Positions 9,343 to 22,100 of a stretch of DNA of 64,000 nucleotides are shown here, one piece after another. The translations under genes and the position numbers were made by a program. Positions within the stretch are counted from its first letter, which is position 1; every line of letters starts with the position of its first letter. The notes beneath the pieces were generated by a model that made no database searches, was not told the origin of the DNA, and saw only the letters and a list, made by a program, of their open reading frames with translations. Source of the DNA: Zygnema circumcarinatum SAG 698-1b (lineage: Eukaryota; Plantae; Zygnematophyceae); NCBI GenBank assembly GCA_037447605.1, contig CM074809.1:1726689-1790688 (forward strand), written 5' to 3'.

Positions 9343-10761
9343 ATGGGGCTCCAAGAATGGCACTCCTTGCTATCGTCAGATGATGAAATGGTGGGTCCTA
9401 AGTGTATTGTGGAGAAGGGCGGAGCTGAACCAGGGAGATCACCCTCACCTCCTCTTCTTTCGGGAATAAAGATAGCCATCAAGGCAGGAAGGGTGGTTCT
9501 TTTCAACACAGATCCCGATGCAACGGACGATTCCTCGGACGATGAGTCGTTCAACGGAGCCGCTGCACAACGGCGTCGGTTGTCATACAACCAGGGATCA
9601 AAGAAAAGGAAAGCATCTGTATCAATTGCCCAGAAAAAGGCTGCAGCTTTGGCTACAATGGAACGATTGCACTGTCGTGATGGCAGCAAGACGGCTGAGG
9701 CTATTCATACGGAAGAAGATTTTCATTGCAGAAACGTGTACAGTAGTGGGGTGCTTCTCACCGAAGACGTGGATGATGGAACTGGGAGAGAGTCTGTGGA
9801 ATGGGGTCCGGGAGAGCTTGCAGGCGATCCGCCGCTCGCTGCAGTGTTGCCAGAATGCATTCCTGATCAGGATGTAGGGTGTCTTCAGGATGGTGAGGGA
9901 GGGATGGGTCAGGAAGAGACTGGAAGTATAAGGAGCAGAGGCAAGGCGGGGGCGAGGGAGCAGGCAGATAGCAAACGCTCAATGAGAGGATCGACCCGCA
10001 TGTATCGAGGAGTGAGGCAGCGACCTTGGGGGAAGTGGGCGGCTGAGATTAGAGACCCTGTGAGAGGAATTCGAATCTGGCTTGGCACTTACGACAGCGC
10101 TGAGACTGCAGCACGATCGTACGATGCAGCCGCCCGGGCAATCAGAGGACCGCATGCACGCACAAACTTTCCTGAGGAGGGAGGAGTTTCTGTAGAGGGG
10201 GGGGTTTACCAGGGGAGCGGAGAAGCGTTACCTGTGCCGGCCGGAAGAGGGTGTGGCAATGCTGAGGGTGAGAATGTGAGCAACGGAGATGCTTTTATAG
10301 CTTCTCTTTGTTCTTCTCGGAAAAGGCAACGGCGGAGCTTACCGAAGCAGAAGAAGGTTTCTCGGCCTTTGTGTAAAGAGGAGGTGACGAAGGCAGTGGA
10401 GGAGTTAGAGACGGTAGCCGTGCAAACCCCTCCCACAGTAAATGAAGATGAGACTGCTGAAGGGAGTGAGAAATCCGTGTTCTCTGAGTGTGGACTATCT
10501 GGTTTGTCGGAGGAGTGGGAGGAATGCCAAAGTCTGTGTGAAGACGGGCCACTTTGGGACCTACCAAGCAACGAGGAATTTGGTGACCTGCCAAGCAGCG
10601 AAGAATTTGGTGAACTTATGCAAGGGGATGTGCCTGATGACCTTTTCCATTTGCCTCTGGATGACGATGAGAGCTGCCTCGGGTTCATGGCAGACATTGA
10701 TGACATGCTGCTTCTCGACGGATGTGGCGACGACTTTTTGGATCTTCCTTGTCCCCTTTAG
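9343..10761 (+). CDS. AP2/ERF transcription factor with N-terminal CRF (cytokinin response factor) domain; CDS intronless from 9343, 472 aa
   Basis: CRF-domain motif [22 protein letters not shown]; single ERF-type AP2 domain [56 protein letters not shown]; basic NLS-like [13 protein letters not shown]; acidic C-terminus. Confidence 0.92.
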   Translation: MGLQEWHSLLSSDDEMVGPKCIVEKGGAEPGRSPSPPLLSGIKIAIKAGRVVLFNTDPDATDDSSDDESFNGAAAQRRRLSYNQGSKKRKASVSIAQKKAAALATMERLHCRDGSKTAEAIHTEEDFHCRNVYSSGVLLTEDVDDGTGRESVEWGPGELAGDPPLAAVLPECIPDQDVGCLQDGEGGMGQEETGSIRSRGKAGAREQADSKRSMRGSTRMYRGVRQRPWGKWAAEIRDPVRGIRIWLGTYDSAETAARSYDAAARAIRGPHARTNFPEEGGVSVEGGVYQGSGEALPVPAGRGCGNAEGENVSNGDAFIASLCSSRKRQRRSLPKQKKVSRPLCKEEVTKAVEELETVAVQTPPTVNEDETAEGSEKSVFSECGLSGLSEEWEECQSLCEDGPLWDLPSNEEFGDLPSSEEFGELMQGDVPDDLFHLPLDDDESCLGFMADIDDMLLLDGCGDDFLDLPCPL

Positions 10762-11937
10762 TGGCATACGCTCTCTGAGCTTTCTCTTCTCAGTTTTTTT
10801 AGGTTGAGTAGTTCTCTCCTTCGGGAAGGGTCATAGAGCCCTTGATCTATTTGTCTTGATTTATCACGGGTCTAGCAGGAGGCAACTATCATAGCTAGAA
10901 GTCCTTCTTAGAGTGACCCGTATTGTAAACCAGTTTTGACCGTTTACGTTCTGATTTCCGAGAGTTAGCTTTTACATTCCTTCTTCGAATTTAGTGTAGT
11001 GTGCGCACTTTCCTATTGCAGGTTCCCATTGTAGATTGGTGCCTGATTCATGGCACGGCAGGGTCCTGTTGCAGCAGGATGTGGTACAAGAAGTCGGACA
11101 GGTTACTGTTTTGGGGCAGCGAGTTGTTAGACTATAATGCGGCGGTTTCGGAAGTGGTGGCAACCATCCTTCCAGTATTACAGCTACGTGTGACTGCTTT
11201 AGTCGGTAGCTGAAGCAATAAAAGGCTCTGTGAACATTCTGCACGTATTCAGTAGTTACTACCATATTGGTGGTCAAAAGGAAGAATATTTTGCCGATTT
11301 TTCGCTTTGCTGAATGCCAGCATGCCCATGCCAACGCTAGCGCTGTCCAGTCCCCGAAGCCTTTGCAAATGTGTCCGACATGGTTCAGTTCAAAGGAGGA
11401 CGTGCATGCATGCACATGTTCAAACATTCTGACGAGAAATGCAGCTGCCCGGAGCATGCTTTATAGGTTTGGTCCGTACATGTAACAAACAAACAAGTTC
11501 GTACATAAGAGCCACCCACAATATCACACAGTGCACTATTCCAGATTCAACGCGCCTTCATCAGGCAAAATTCTGTGTAATATTTCGACTTTTCGCATAC
11601 AAAGAGTCAGCAGCAACCTTGCTGAAAAACAAGCAATTGCTGAAGAACAAGCTTTTGCCTTGAATCCTAGAAAAAAAGAAAAAAAGTTTCTGCCTCCACT
11701 TTTGGTTCTGATGAACTTCAATGGCAGCAGAAATCGCACCTACCAATAGTTAGCTTGTGAATGCCCACACACTGCCTAATTAACCAATTCCACCCATCTC
11801 CTGCAGTAGACAATATCGACAAACCCACTTAAGGGAAACACTCTACGATAGAGGAGTGAACTAGAAGATGAATATGTACAGGAAGCGCGAGAGAAAGCCG
11901 TCGCGGGATGATCGAAAACATTTTTGACAGAACAGAT

Positions 11938-14609
11938 TCACCTTCTCAAGAAGCTAAGAATGATGCGGCTTGATGTCCACATAGCCAGCAGCGCGCCGCG
12001 TACAATGATGGGATTTCTGTACATGCTGCAAATGATCAAAAAGGAAATTCGTTCAGAAAATGCACGCAAAAGTGCATGACATTGAAATAGGAAGCCATTG
12101 GAAGCCATCTCCCCATCTCCCCATCAGCACAACCAAGAGTATCTGACCCTTCTAATGGGGCCAAACGTCCAGAAAGACACTAAATCCCTACAGCCCCACC
12201 CCCCCCTTCTTCTCTCACACTGTGACTAACCTCAATATGTTACTTTGCAATACGTGTTCTGCAATAGCCCACGTTACTCAAGACATTGCAGATTCACAGG
12301 AAGCGAGGGATACACACCTGAATGCAGTGGTGGCCCAAGATCCGGTTGTGTAAAAAAATTTACCCCAGTCCCAGAACCTGCGGAAAGTACTCTTCACCCG
12401 AAGCTCGGCCAAGGCATAGCCTAAAGCTGCCAACCAACAAAAGAAATTGTCATCAATCAACAGTTGTTATCAATCAATCGATTGTTATCATCTACAGCCC
12501 AACTCAAAGCGGCAGAAAACAGAGCTTCTAGTCAATTGACTCTACCAATAGAACGACTTTAAAAAAGTGCCGTATTATTGAACGATCACTAGAAAAGAAG
12601 CCTTGCTGCATCCGCCGATAGTAACTGGGACGACGTTACTTAAAAAATTCGTTCAACGACCGGAAAAAACACGACGACTTCGATACTCACCCTCTTGCAA
12701 CTGTTTTGGCGTCATATTCTGCACACAAAAGGATTCGAAAGTTCTCGTCAGAAGGCTAGTGGATAAAGGATCCATGAAATTTCTTCAGAAAGCTATCTCC
12801 GCAAATTCTTAAGAGAAGGTTCACAGGCTTTCACGTCTGATCCCTCAGAAAAGAACATAAGGTAGCGGGAGTTAAATTGTAGGGATCTTCATCAGGTGGA
12901 GGGAAGAACAGGCAGCTCATGCATCAATTGGAATTGCCTCTCAGTAAGAGCTACTGTGATGCAGGGAGTCCAAACATCAGTTCACGGAGCTGAATTCAAG
13001 CTGACTGAATGGGATAAGTCATTTTGGAAGGCAAGATTAGAGAACCACATACACACGAAACCTAAAACAAACATCCAGTTCGAACAGTGTAAGGAGTACC
13101 TCTGTGTCTGGGTGAACCACAAGGTAACGTGCGACGAAGTTGGCCATCGCATCAACTACATCCTCTCTGCCAACTACTGCATAACCTGAGCCATCAAGCA
13201 AGTCTGTGTGCGAGTCCTCCAATTGTGTACTGTACATGTCGTTATCGGTCACCCATAACCACCAACTCTCATCCTCAACATCCACATTCACCTCGTATCC
13301 ATCTGCACAAACACATAAGAGTGCAATAATCTCAGAATATAGTGCCTCAAAATTATTCCGAGACATCTTGAGAAAAAACATTGACTACACAATTGGTGTA
13401 AGCAAAACTTTAATCACAAGGCTGCTAGTCAACCCTTTTAGCTGAAGAAAACGCCAAAACAGATAGATACGTGTATCATTTCACTTTATCGGACTCTGGT
13501 AAAAAGCACTCCCACTGAGAGTTACTGAAAGAATCAAGCGCCCAAAAATGACCCAAGCCTTGAAAGGTTACACACTTATGTCTTATTTTCCGAGAGAGTG
13601 ATGCCATGTCTTGACATTAACGAAGCAGATAGATAGCAATTGCTCAGGACTTAAACTAATAGCTTTCATAGAGTGAAGTTTAGCACAATCTGGCAAGGTC
13701 AATTTATGTTGCTCATGCAAAGCTTGAAAGATTGGTGGGTGGTTCCTTTCCAAAGATTACAAGTGTTGCGCAAAACTAGCAAAAAAGCATGGGCGAGCCT
13801 TGCCTTTGTCAGAGAAACGCGTTATCCCTTGCACAGATGGCTCTCCCCTTATCTCTGGCGGCAGTTGCAGTTGTTCTAGAAAGTCTGGGGAATTGACCTT
13901 TTTCTCGAGCTGTTCATAGACCTGCCGACGACGATTCCAGGAAGCTTTGCCATGAATTCAGTGAATCGGGAAAAGACTCAGCTTATCCCTATACGCGAAA
14001 TGATTTCTTTGTTGATGTATCAGACCAGCAAACCTAGCCTTGGGAAACAGATAAGTACCGTTAATGCGATTCTTTGAATTCAATCCTCTCTCCAAACTAA
14101 GACGCCTATCTGATGAAATTACGAGCACATGCACATTCCGACGCTCGTTCTCCGCAATTCGCTAGACAGGCAGGGGAAGCTTGCGAGTCATGTCACCCCT
14201 TTCAGTAGCAACGCATTTCTTGCGACTTCCAAGCCCCGGCAGATATTAAGAATAGTACAGCATCCTCATAGAGTAACTTGCAATGTCAGGCATGTTCGCT
14301 TGGCCGATTCAATGCCATGGGAAAAAGTAAAAGACATACATTAGCTGTTCCTTCTGGCGAATCTAGCTCGTGACTAAGCCATTCGACTCCGGCCTGATTC
14401 TTCTGCAGCTCCAGGAAAGCGTTCCTATACTCCGTGAGAGTGGCTTGCAGCCTCCGGTTCTCCCACCTCTCCCGCGCCAAAGCGGTCTCCGCCGCCTGCG
14501 CTTCCGCCTGCAGCATGGCCGACCCCCGGCTGCGAGCCGCGCGCGACTGGATGCCCGCCCAGGCCGCGCCTGCGAGCTCGGCCACGGCCGCAGCGCCCTC
14601 CACCGCCAT
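11938..14609 (-). CDS. Conserved uncharacterised plant protein (resembles the Arabidopsis At5g12930/At5g59960-type family, from memory); 6 exons
   Basis: Phase-consistent exons give MAVEGAAAVAELA..ENRRLQATLTEYRNAFLELQKNQ (coiled coil) / VYEQLEKKVNSPDFLEQL / DESWWLWVTDNDM..DGSGYAVVGREDVVDAMANFVARYLVVHPDTE / NMTPKQLQE / ALGYALAELRVKSTFRRFWDWGKFFYTTGSWATTAFS / MYRNPIIVRGALLAMWTSSRIILSFLRR*. Confidence 0.8.
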
Positions 14610-15008
14610 GGCTGCCCTCGCCCTCTCCCTCGCCCTCCTCGGCCTCTCCCTCGCCCTCGCCCTCCCTCCCGGCCGAGGTCGCCAGCCGATACCGTACCGG
14701 CTTAGCGATACGATATCACGGGACTGCACCTATTTACAGCAACCAACCACGAGACGCCATGTGTAGAAATGATAGCGTGGCGTTATTTGATTCGTCCAGT
14801 GCGTGAGGTAAGACGTGACAGCTCGGTGGAGCCCGGCCGTTGGGGCATCCGCATGCCATGCGGTCATGCCATGTCGTGCCATGGCATGCACGGGGGCATG
14901 GATGCATGGGCAGCATGGAGTCATGGCATGCATGGCAGGACGCGGTATGGTATGGTATGGTATGGCATGCCGCATGCGCCCTGGAGGGCGGAGGGGACGG
15001 GACGGGAC

Positions 15009-15997
15009 TAGGGTTGGGGGCACGGTCCCCCTCCGACCCGTGCCCAGGGGCACGTGCCCCCCCCCCCTTGGGGGGGGGCATGCCCCTTTTTCGTGCCCCG
15101 TGACGTGACTGCATTGAGCAATTCAAATCGGCCCCAAAAAGAATATACTATTTTAAAAACGGTACGGATGAAGGTACAGAAAGTACAGATGAATGTACTA
15201 CAGTGGGGGGTCCTCGTATTTACCACCCCAAGGAGTGCGTCCTCAATATTTTCGCCCCAATTTTGCCGAAACCACTTTTTTGTACGGTAACTTGTGTTAG
15301 CCGTACTGTTCGTACTTTCCGTACTATCTGTACTAGCCGTTACGGGCTTACGCAAAACGCACCTAATCTCCCCGCTCGTGCCGCCGTATGAGGCGCTCGC
15401 TCTTCTCCTCGTCTTCTTGACTTCGATACGATACGATACGATACGATATGTCAATACGATACGAAACTCTCCGATACGAAACTATCCGTACTAGCCGTAC
15501 GAGCTGTTGTAGCCGTTACGGGCTCGCATTTAAACTCTCCGACAGTATATGCGTCACGATATGTCACGATACGATACGATGCTAATTGATACAGTACGAT
15601 ACGGTACGATATGGTACGGTACGATACGTACGGTTCAACATGAACTCTAACATATACCGCCCGTCTATTCGTAACACGAACCTTATATATGCAAATTTAA
15701 TATTTTCGCCTCATTTTGCCCGGAACCAGGGTAGAAAATATGAGGACCCCCTACTGTAAACGTACGGATAAAGGTACACATGTACGGTAAAATATGAAAA
15801 GTACGGACAGTACTCAACACAACAATCGTCACCGGCCCGGGCCTGGTCGTACGAGGTAAGCGTCACGTGACAGGGGGCACGGGGGGGCACGAAATATATG
15901 GGGAAAATTTTTGGAGGCGTGCCCCGGGCACGGACGGTCAAAAATGGGGGGCATGCCCCCCCCCCGGGCATGCCCGTGCCCCGTGCCCCCAACCCTA
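15009..15997. mobile_element. Non-autonomous hAT-superfamily element (989 bp)
   Basis: Perfect 17 bp TIR TAGGGTTGGGGGCACGG (15009-15025) / CCGTGCCCCCAACCCTA (15981-15997); perfect 8 bp TSD GACGGGAC at 15001-15008 and 15998-16005; reiterated subterminal GGGCAC/GTGCCC and GTACGG/CCGTAC motifs; internal (GATAC)n at ~15425-15630. TAGGG termini with an 8 bp TSD are typical of hAT elements. Confidence 0.92.
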
Positions 15998-16114
15998 GAC
16001 GGGACGGCTGGCTGGCACCCGCCAGGCGGACACTCCCTCCCTCCGTCCCTTCCTCCCTGCCTGCAGCACGCGCTCGGAGGGTAGGGCGCTGCGCTGCGTC
16101 CTCGGGCGCCGGCC

Positions 16115-19100
16115 ATGGCTGCGGCGGGCCGGGCCGCGGAGAGGGGCTGGGGGACCGACAGCGCTGCCGTTCCGCCGTACCCTTCTTCTCTCAGTGACAG
16201 GTGAGGCGGGGGCATTGGCAAGGGTAGGGTGCAGGACAATGGTGGGCGGGACTTGCAGCAATATTGTGCTGGAAGTATGCATTGCAGGGGTAGGCTGGTT
16301 GAAGGGATTCTTTCGAGGAGATTTGGGGTTTTCTTGAAACTAGTCGCGGCGTGGGGATGCGAACAGAAGTTTGACTGCCCGAGGATGCCATGTAGTGTTA
16401 ACGGCGTCAGCGGAAGTGCCGACAATTGTATTGCTTTCAAAGAATTCTGAAAACTTCTAGGAGTTGAAATTATGCATATCGTTGCACCCTAAATTTGGAC
16501 ACCACTTAGTACTAGCTTGTTGTCCTTTTCTGCTCTGTCCTCATTCCTTTGTCTTTTCATCCTGTAAAAACGTTCGCTTTGTAAACTTAATTTTGCTTTG
16601 AATATGTGGTCTGGTTCATTTTCAACTTCTCTCGTCTTTAATACTCTGTACATTCATCCAATTTAACCCTATCATTATCTCTCGATCTGTCTTGGTAACG
16701 TCTATGAGCTCTGATGCCGTCATGTTTCAAGCACAAAGACAGCCGGCTTCATCTTTGCGCTCTCTTCTGAGGATCCGTGTCAAATTTGATCAATGTCAGC
16801 CTGCTGTTTCTCCGGCACAGATTAACTATTCACCAGTTCTGCTGACGAAGCGCAGGTACATGGAAGTGTGCCGGAGCTGTGGCGAGGAACCTCATGCAAG
16901 CATTCTGGCCAGCTGTTACTTTGTGAGTGCCAACATTTTTCGTTTTATAAAGTGGAAGGTTTCCCCAGATGCGTCTGTTTGTTTCAATTAGTGACCTTCC
17001 TCACCGTTAATCATGTTCGCCCTTATTCTGTCCGGAAGAATTTTTGTTGCCACAGTGAAATTGGCAAACACGATCAGAACGGGAGCTTAGGTCTTGCAGA
17101 ACCTGGAGTGTGGTCTCACGGATCCTTTTTCTGTTTGACAGTCCATACACTAATTCCCTGAACGGACTGTGACAACATCACTGGGTGACACATTATTCTT
17201 TGTATGGTAGCTCTCCAATCATGCACTTATAAAATGCAGTTTGTACATAAAGAGGGTTTGTTCTGTAATGTTTGCAAACAAATTAGAGTTTCTTAACGAG
17301 CACGAGGAGATAGAAGTCTTGTTTATAATTTATCCATTTTTTTATTCTTTAAAGTAGTGTTTTCAACTTTTGCACTCGTCGTCAGGCTGCGAGATTTTCA
17401 CTGTGAACCTCGATTTTTCAAGAAGAAATTATCGAAGCACTGGAGGAATGCTGTAGTCGACTTGCTATTCGACAATTAACCAATGAAGTCTCTTGTCTCC
17501 TGTGGATTTTTTCCTTTGCTCATGGGCCACTTTAAGCATGTCAGACGGGTGGAGTATGGTCGATAGTAGCCAGGTGGTGAAAGCAACCAGGTTCTTTTGT
17601 ACGGATCGGCAGGTCCATGCTGGATAACTAGCTATCAATGTTCTAAAAACATTTGGTAATTGTACGCTCAGGTACTTTTAACTCGCTCACTTTCTACCAC
17701 TTGCCGTCATGCAGGCCAATGACGTCCTGAAGCAGGGGAGGCCTGCTGCTCTGGAGATTTCTCTTTGCCCTTTGGAAGAAAGGGATGGCCCGGGGCTTGC
17801 AGGTCTCCTGAGCTGCAACTGCCCGGGGATCAGTGCAGTGGACATTGATGCAGAAGATTCGCAACTTTCACCTGCCCTCGTGCTTCAGATACTGAGAGCA
17901 GCAGGGGGGAGGCTTCGCGCAGTTGACCTGACAAACCGGCACATGGGCCGGGAGATTCTGAAGTAAGATACTAGTCTCCTGAATTGGGGCAAATTGGGAA
18001 GAGTCTTCAAGCATTCAGACCTGGTTGATCTGAGTCTGGCCATGAGGCCGAAAGGTTGTTTGCTTGAAGGATTTGGTAATTGAAGGCATTCTCTGAACCA
18101 TACATATGGACCTTGCAAGTCCGCTTGGGGACTTCTTTCCGACACGCCTAGTTGTCCAGATGGGGTCACGTGTTCATCGCTGAGGTGGCAACAAGTGAAT
18201 AATGTGGATGCAAAGAGTTTCCAACTAAAACTCTACATGAGCTTTGTATTTCCAGATTTTTTTCTTTTCTTTTTGACATTGATGCAATTGTTTTTGGGAA
18301 GCAAGCACAGAGGAATTGTCGTATCCTATGTTCCGTATGTTATGAATGGTCTTTGTCTGGAGTCGTTCCGGTACTGTTTCTCAGAAACTGTCAGAGTTTT
18401 CTTTCAACCTTTTGCTTTCTCCCAAACATGTGATTATTGAGGCATACGGCTAATGCAACCGTGATGTGTTGCGTTCCTTGCTGGTCTTTCTTCTGGGAAG
18501 TGCATTTGCTTTTAGAGTTTTCATAAGTTGAATTTGCTCTCACTGTCATTTTGTTTCCACTATTGGCGTTTCTGCAGGGACATCTTCTATCAGGGCTTGC
18601 CATGCGTCAGCCTCAATCTCACTGGCTGTCACGTCAGGAAACTGCCTCTGATTGGTCCCTTTGTCAGGCTGCGCACTCTGATCTTGGACCACAATCACCA
18701 CATAAGCATTCTGCCTGAGAACTGCTTTGCTCGGATGCCGCAGCTTGCACGCCTTTCGCTTTGTGCGACAAGCATTGGCAACCTTTGGACCGCGACTGCC
18801 GCTCTGCTGCGGCTCACTTCTCTCACAGAGCTGCGCTTCCAGCACTGCGACTGCTGTCCGCACACCACAGCGGCTTGCCCGACAAGTCTCACCAGTGGCA
18901 AGGGAATGACAACTCAACAGCTGAACAAGGAGGCTTTTCATGCGATGGCAGGGGCGATGAAAATTGAGGATTCGGGTTGTGCAAAGGAGGTTGTGAGTGG
19001 AGCCGTAGATGTAGATATGTCGCATCATGACTTGTCTACCTCTAATCCAGGAACTACGGGCAGTAGCAACCTCAGAAATTTGTGGACAGTTGAGGAGCCC

Positions 19101-22100
19101 CCACGTGCACTACAGGATGGCTCGTGTTGGGAGATGCAGTCGCGTGATGCGGGGATTGAGAATGATTTTGGAGCGGCAGCTAACCTGAATTCTAGACAGT
19201 CCAACATCCTCGATGTCAGGGAGAGTATCCGGACGCCTGAAGGAGCTCTTGGTGTCCAAACTTCAGCATATGAAGCGAAATTGCTGCAACCTTCTGGAGA
19301 ATGTGAGCAGCCGTGGAGTGGCCAGGTCACAGTATGTGAAGCACAGATAGGATCCTCGGAACCTGTTGTGTGTTCTTTGGCGAGGCAACGGATGGGAGAG
19401 GGGCCGCCCTTGGACAGCACATGGTGTAGAGGGTTCAGTGCTGAGCCCACAGCCATGGATATAGACAGTCATAGCGTTATGCTTGAGCAACCTGAAGTCG
19501 CCTCTACATCCTATACTCCACAGGACTCGCAAGAGCACGGGTCATTCAGAGATGGAGAGTGCGGAGGGGCACTTCCAGGTTTTTCCAGGCCCACAAATGT
19601 GACGGGCTGTTTCTCACAGGCTGCAGGGGGCGGTGGAGGAGTGGGCGAGACTTTCATTGATAGTATGAAGGAGGATGAAGGAGATAATGATATTTCTAGG
19701 ACACACAGGAATTATGGGACAGTAAGGAGGTTATTCAGGATAGAGAGGGATCAGCAGGCAACAAGTATTGCGGCTGATATTGCCGGGGAGAATGAGCGGG
19801 AGAGGATGATGCGGAGGTGGAACATCAGCACAAGCAGTGCGGAGCAACCACTTGATATTGATGGAGAATTAAGAGAGGAAAGGAGGTCGGCTGCAGGACC
19901 CACAGAACTACCATTTGTCGGAACACTTACCCGGAGCGGTTCAGGTGAGAGGTCCCTAGCAGATGAACGTGAGGGGCGATGGAACGAAGAGGGTAGGGAG
20001 TGGGAGGAGGGAGCTGCAGAGGGAAACGATGGAATAGCTTCTGATAATCTGCAGGTATCAGTGGATGATTCCCATGAAGAAGCTGACCACCTTTATGGTG
20101 TGGAAGACGAAGGGATTGAAGGGACTGGTGATGTAGCTGTGATGTTTGGGGAACGATGGGAAAGTGAGGGACCATTTGTGGAGGAATCTCATATGGAAAT
20201 AATTCCGGGAGGGTTTGAAGCGCCTCCACCTTCACCCCATCTTGATGCTCAAAGAATATTCTTGAGGGAGGGGTCACAACGAGCCAGCTTTGGCTCACCA
20301 CTTCCTCCTGCACCCATCACCACGGAAGCTCCTTTAGAGATAGGTGGAGGGGAGGACATGGTAGGAATCTGGGACGATGAAGGGGTTACCAAACGGACAA
20401 GAAAGCACCCATCTCCAATTTGTGAGGAGCACTATTACCGAGCATTCATGGTGGCCCTCCTCCCGAATTTACAGGTTCTGGATAATGTACATATTTCGAA
20501 TGATGAGAGGGCAGAGGCAGAAACAATGTATATAGAAAAGTTTGAAAAGCTAGCAAATGGTAGGAAAAGAAAAGAAAATGTGTACCATATATTGAAATGT
20601 CGTGAGGTGGGGGCTGGGATTTCTACGAGGAGGAAAAGCGAAAACTGTGGGCCGACTATACACCCAGCGACTGGCCCTGTTCAGCTGTCTGGCTATCCTG
20701 AGCGGAAAATGGGAAATGGAAGTATCAGTCAGCCCTCTGAAGACTTCAACCACAGCTTGGAGCAGCATGTGGGACACGCGTCAACTGGTGAAGATGCCAC
20801 ATCGCAGTTACCACCCACATTGCAAACTAGGATGGCTGTTCCGAAGGCGACACCTGCCAGTAGTGGTGGCTCGCGGTTTTTGGGGAGTTCTGAATTGCAA
20901 TTGCAGAAGGCATGTCTGATGGGGGAAACGAGGGGACATAAGGAACTCTTCCGCGCAGCAGTGCTGTCTGATGAGCCAGTAGGGGCATTTACAGGACGCA
21001 ATTTGGTGCATTCTTCCGCTGAGCCCATCAGTGACAGTGTTATGGATACCTCGCCGATGCTCAAATTTTGCGGTGCTGTTGTGACGAGTGCCGGAAAAGA
21101 GGGGCCAACTGGGTATCGGCGAGCCCTCGCATCTGCACGTGTGGCAGGCTCTGATTGGTCCGAGATGATGCCAGTGAAAATTTTAAATGGGCATGGGGTC
21201 GACATTCACCGGTGAGCTTGCGTACTGGCTAACACGTTTCCTGGCCCGCGACTCATTAGCTGGGTTGGTATACGCCATGGAGCTCACTTTTATTTGGCAA
21301 CTTGGCTATTTTACTCCTTGTTTGCCCCCTAGGAGGCCTTGTTCCTTGCATTGACAATTCAATGGCGGAGCACGTCCTTATGTCCTGCTCGTGTCTTCGC
21401 CATTCTTTGTTCTGGTGATGAATGTGAAACTTCTGCATTGCGCCTGTGCAGACGATATCGGCCTCGCCAATTTGAGTACAATCCGTTGGAGCCGCATCTC
21501 ATGGTGGTGGGCACACTACAGGGCGAGGTTTTGGTGATCAACCATGAGACAGGTGTCACTGTCGGACAAGTTCAATCCATCGGAGCACCCCACAGCATTC
21601 TCGGCCTTTGTTGGCTCAACAAAGATCCATCCAAGGTAACCTGCTGCATACATACATTCATATCGATTGCCTGTTTTCCTGTAGTTCCCCAAACTCCACG
21701 AGCTACATGCCTAACAAATCACTTCCCCTTCCATCATCCCCTCCCTTCCGTCCCCCTTCCTTCCCCCTTTCCTCCACATCTCATTCCCCTGCTCCTCCTC
21801 CGCACTCCCAATTCAGTTTCAACTGCCCTTCACCTCCTCCATTGTGTGCTTCTCCCCTGCACTAGGTGATAGGAGGATGCGATAATGGCTCCATCCAACT
21901 ATATGATGTGAACCATATGCGAGCATCCCAAGTCGCCGCTTTGCGTCGAACCCACCCTGGGGGCAGCCCCCTCTGCTCCCCCGACCCCCCTCTGGGGGGG
22001 CGACCTCCCGGGAGGGGGCCCCCAGGAATAGGGCCGCCCGTTCCACGCAGCCCCGCATTGTATACGTATGAAGACTTCGAACAGCTCACCTCCGTTCATA

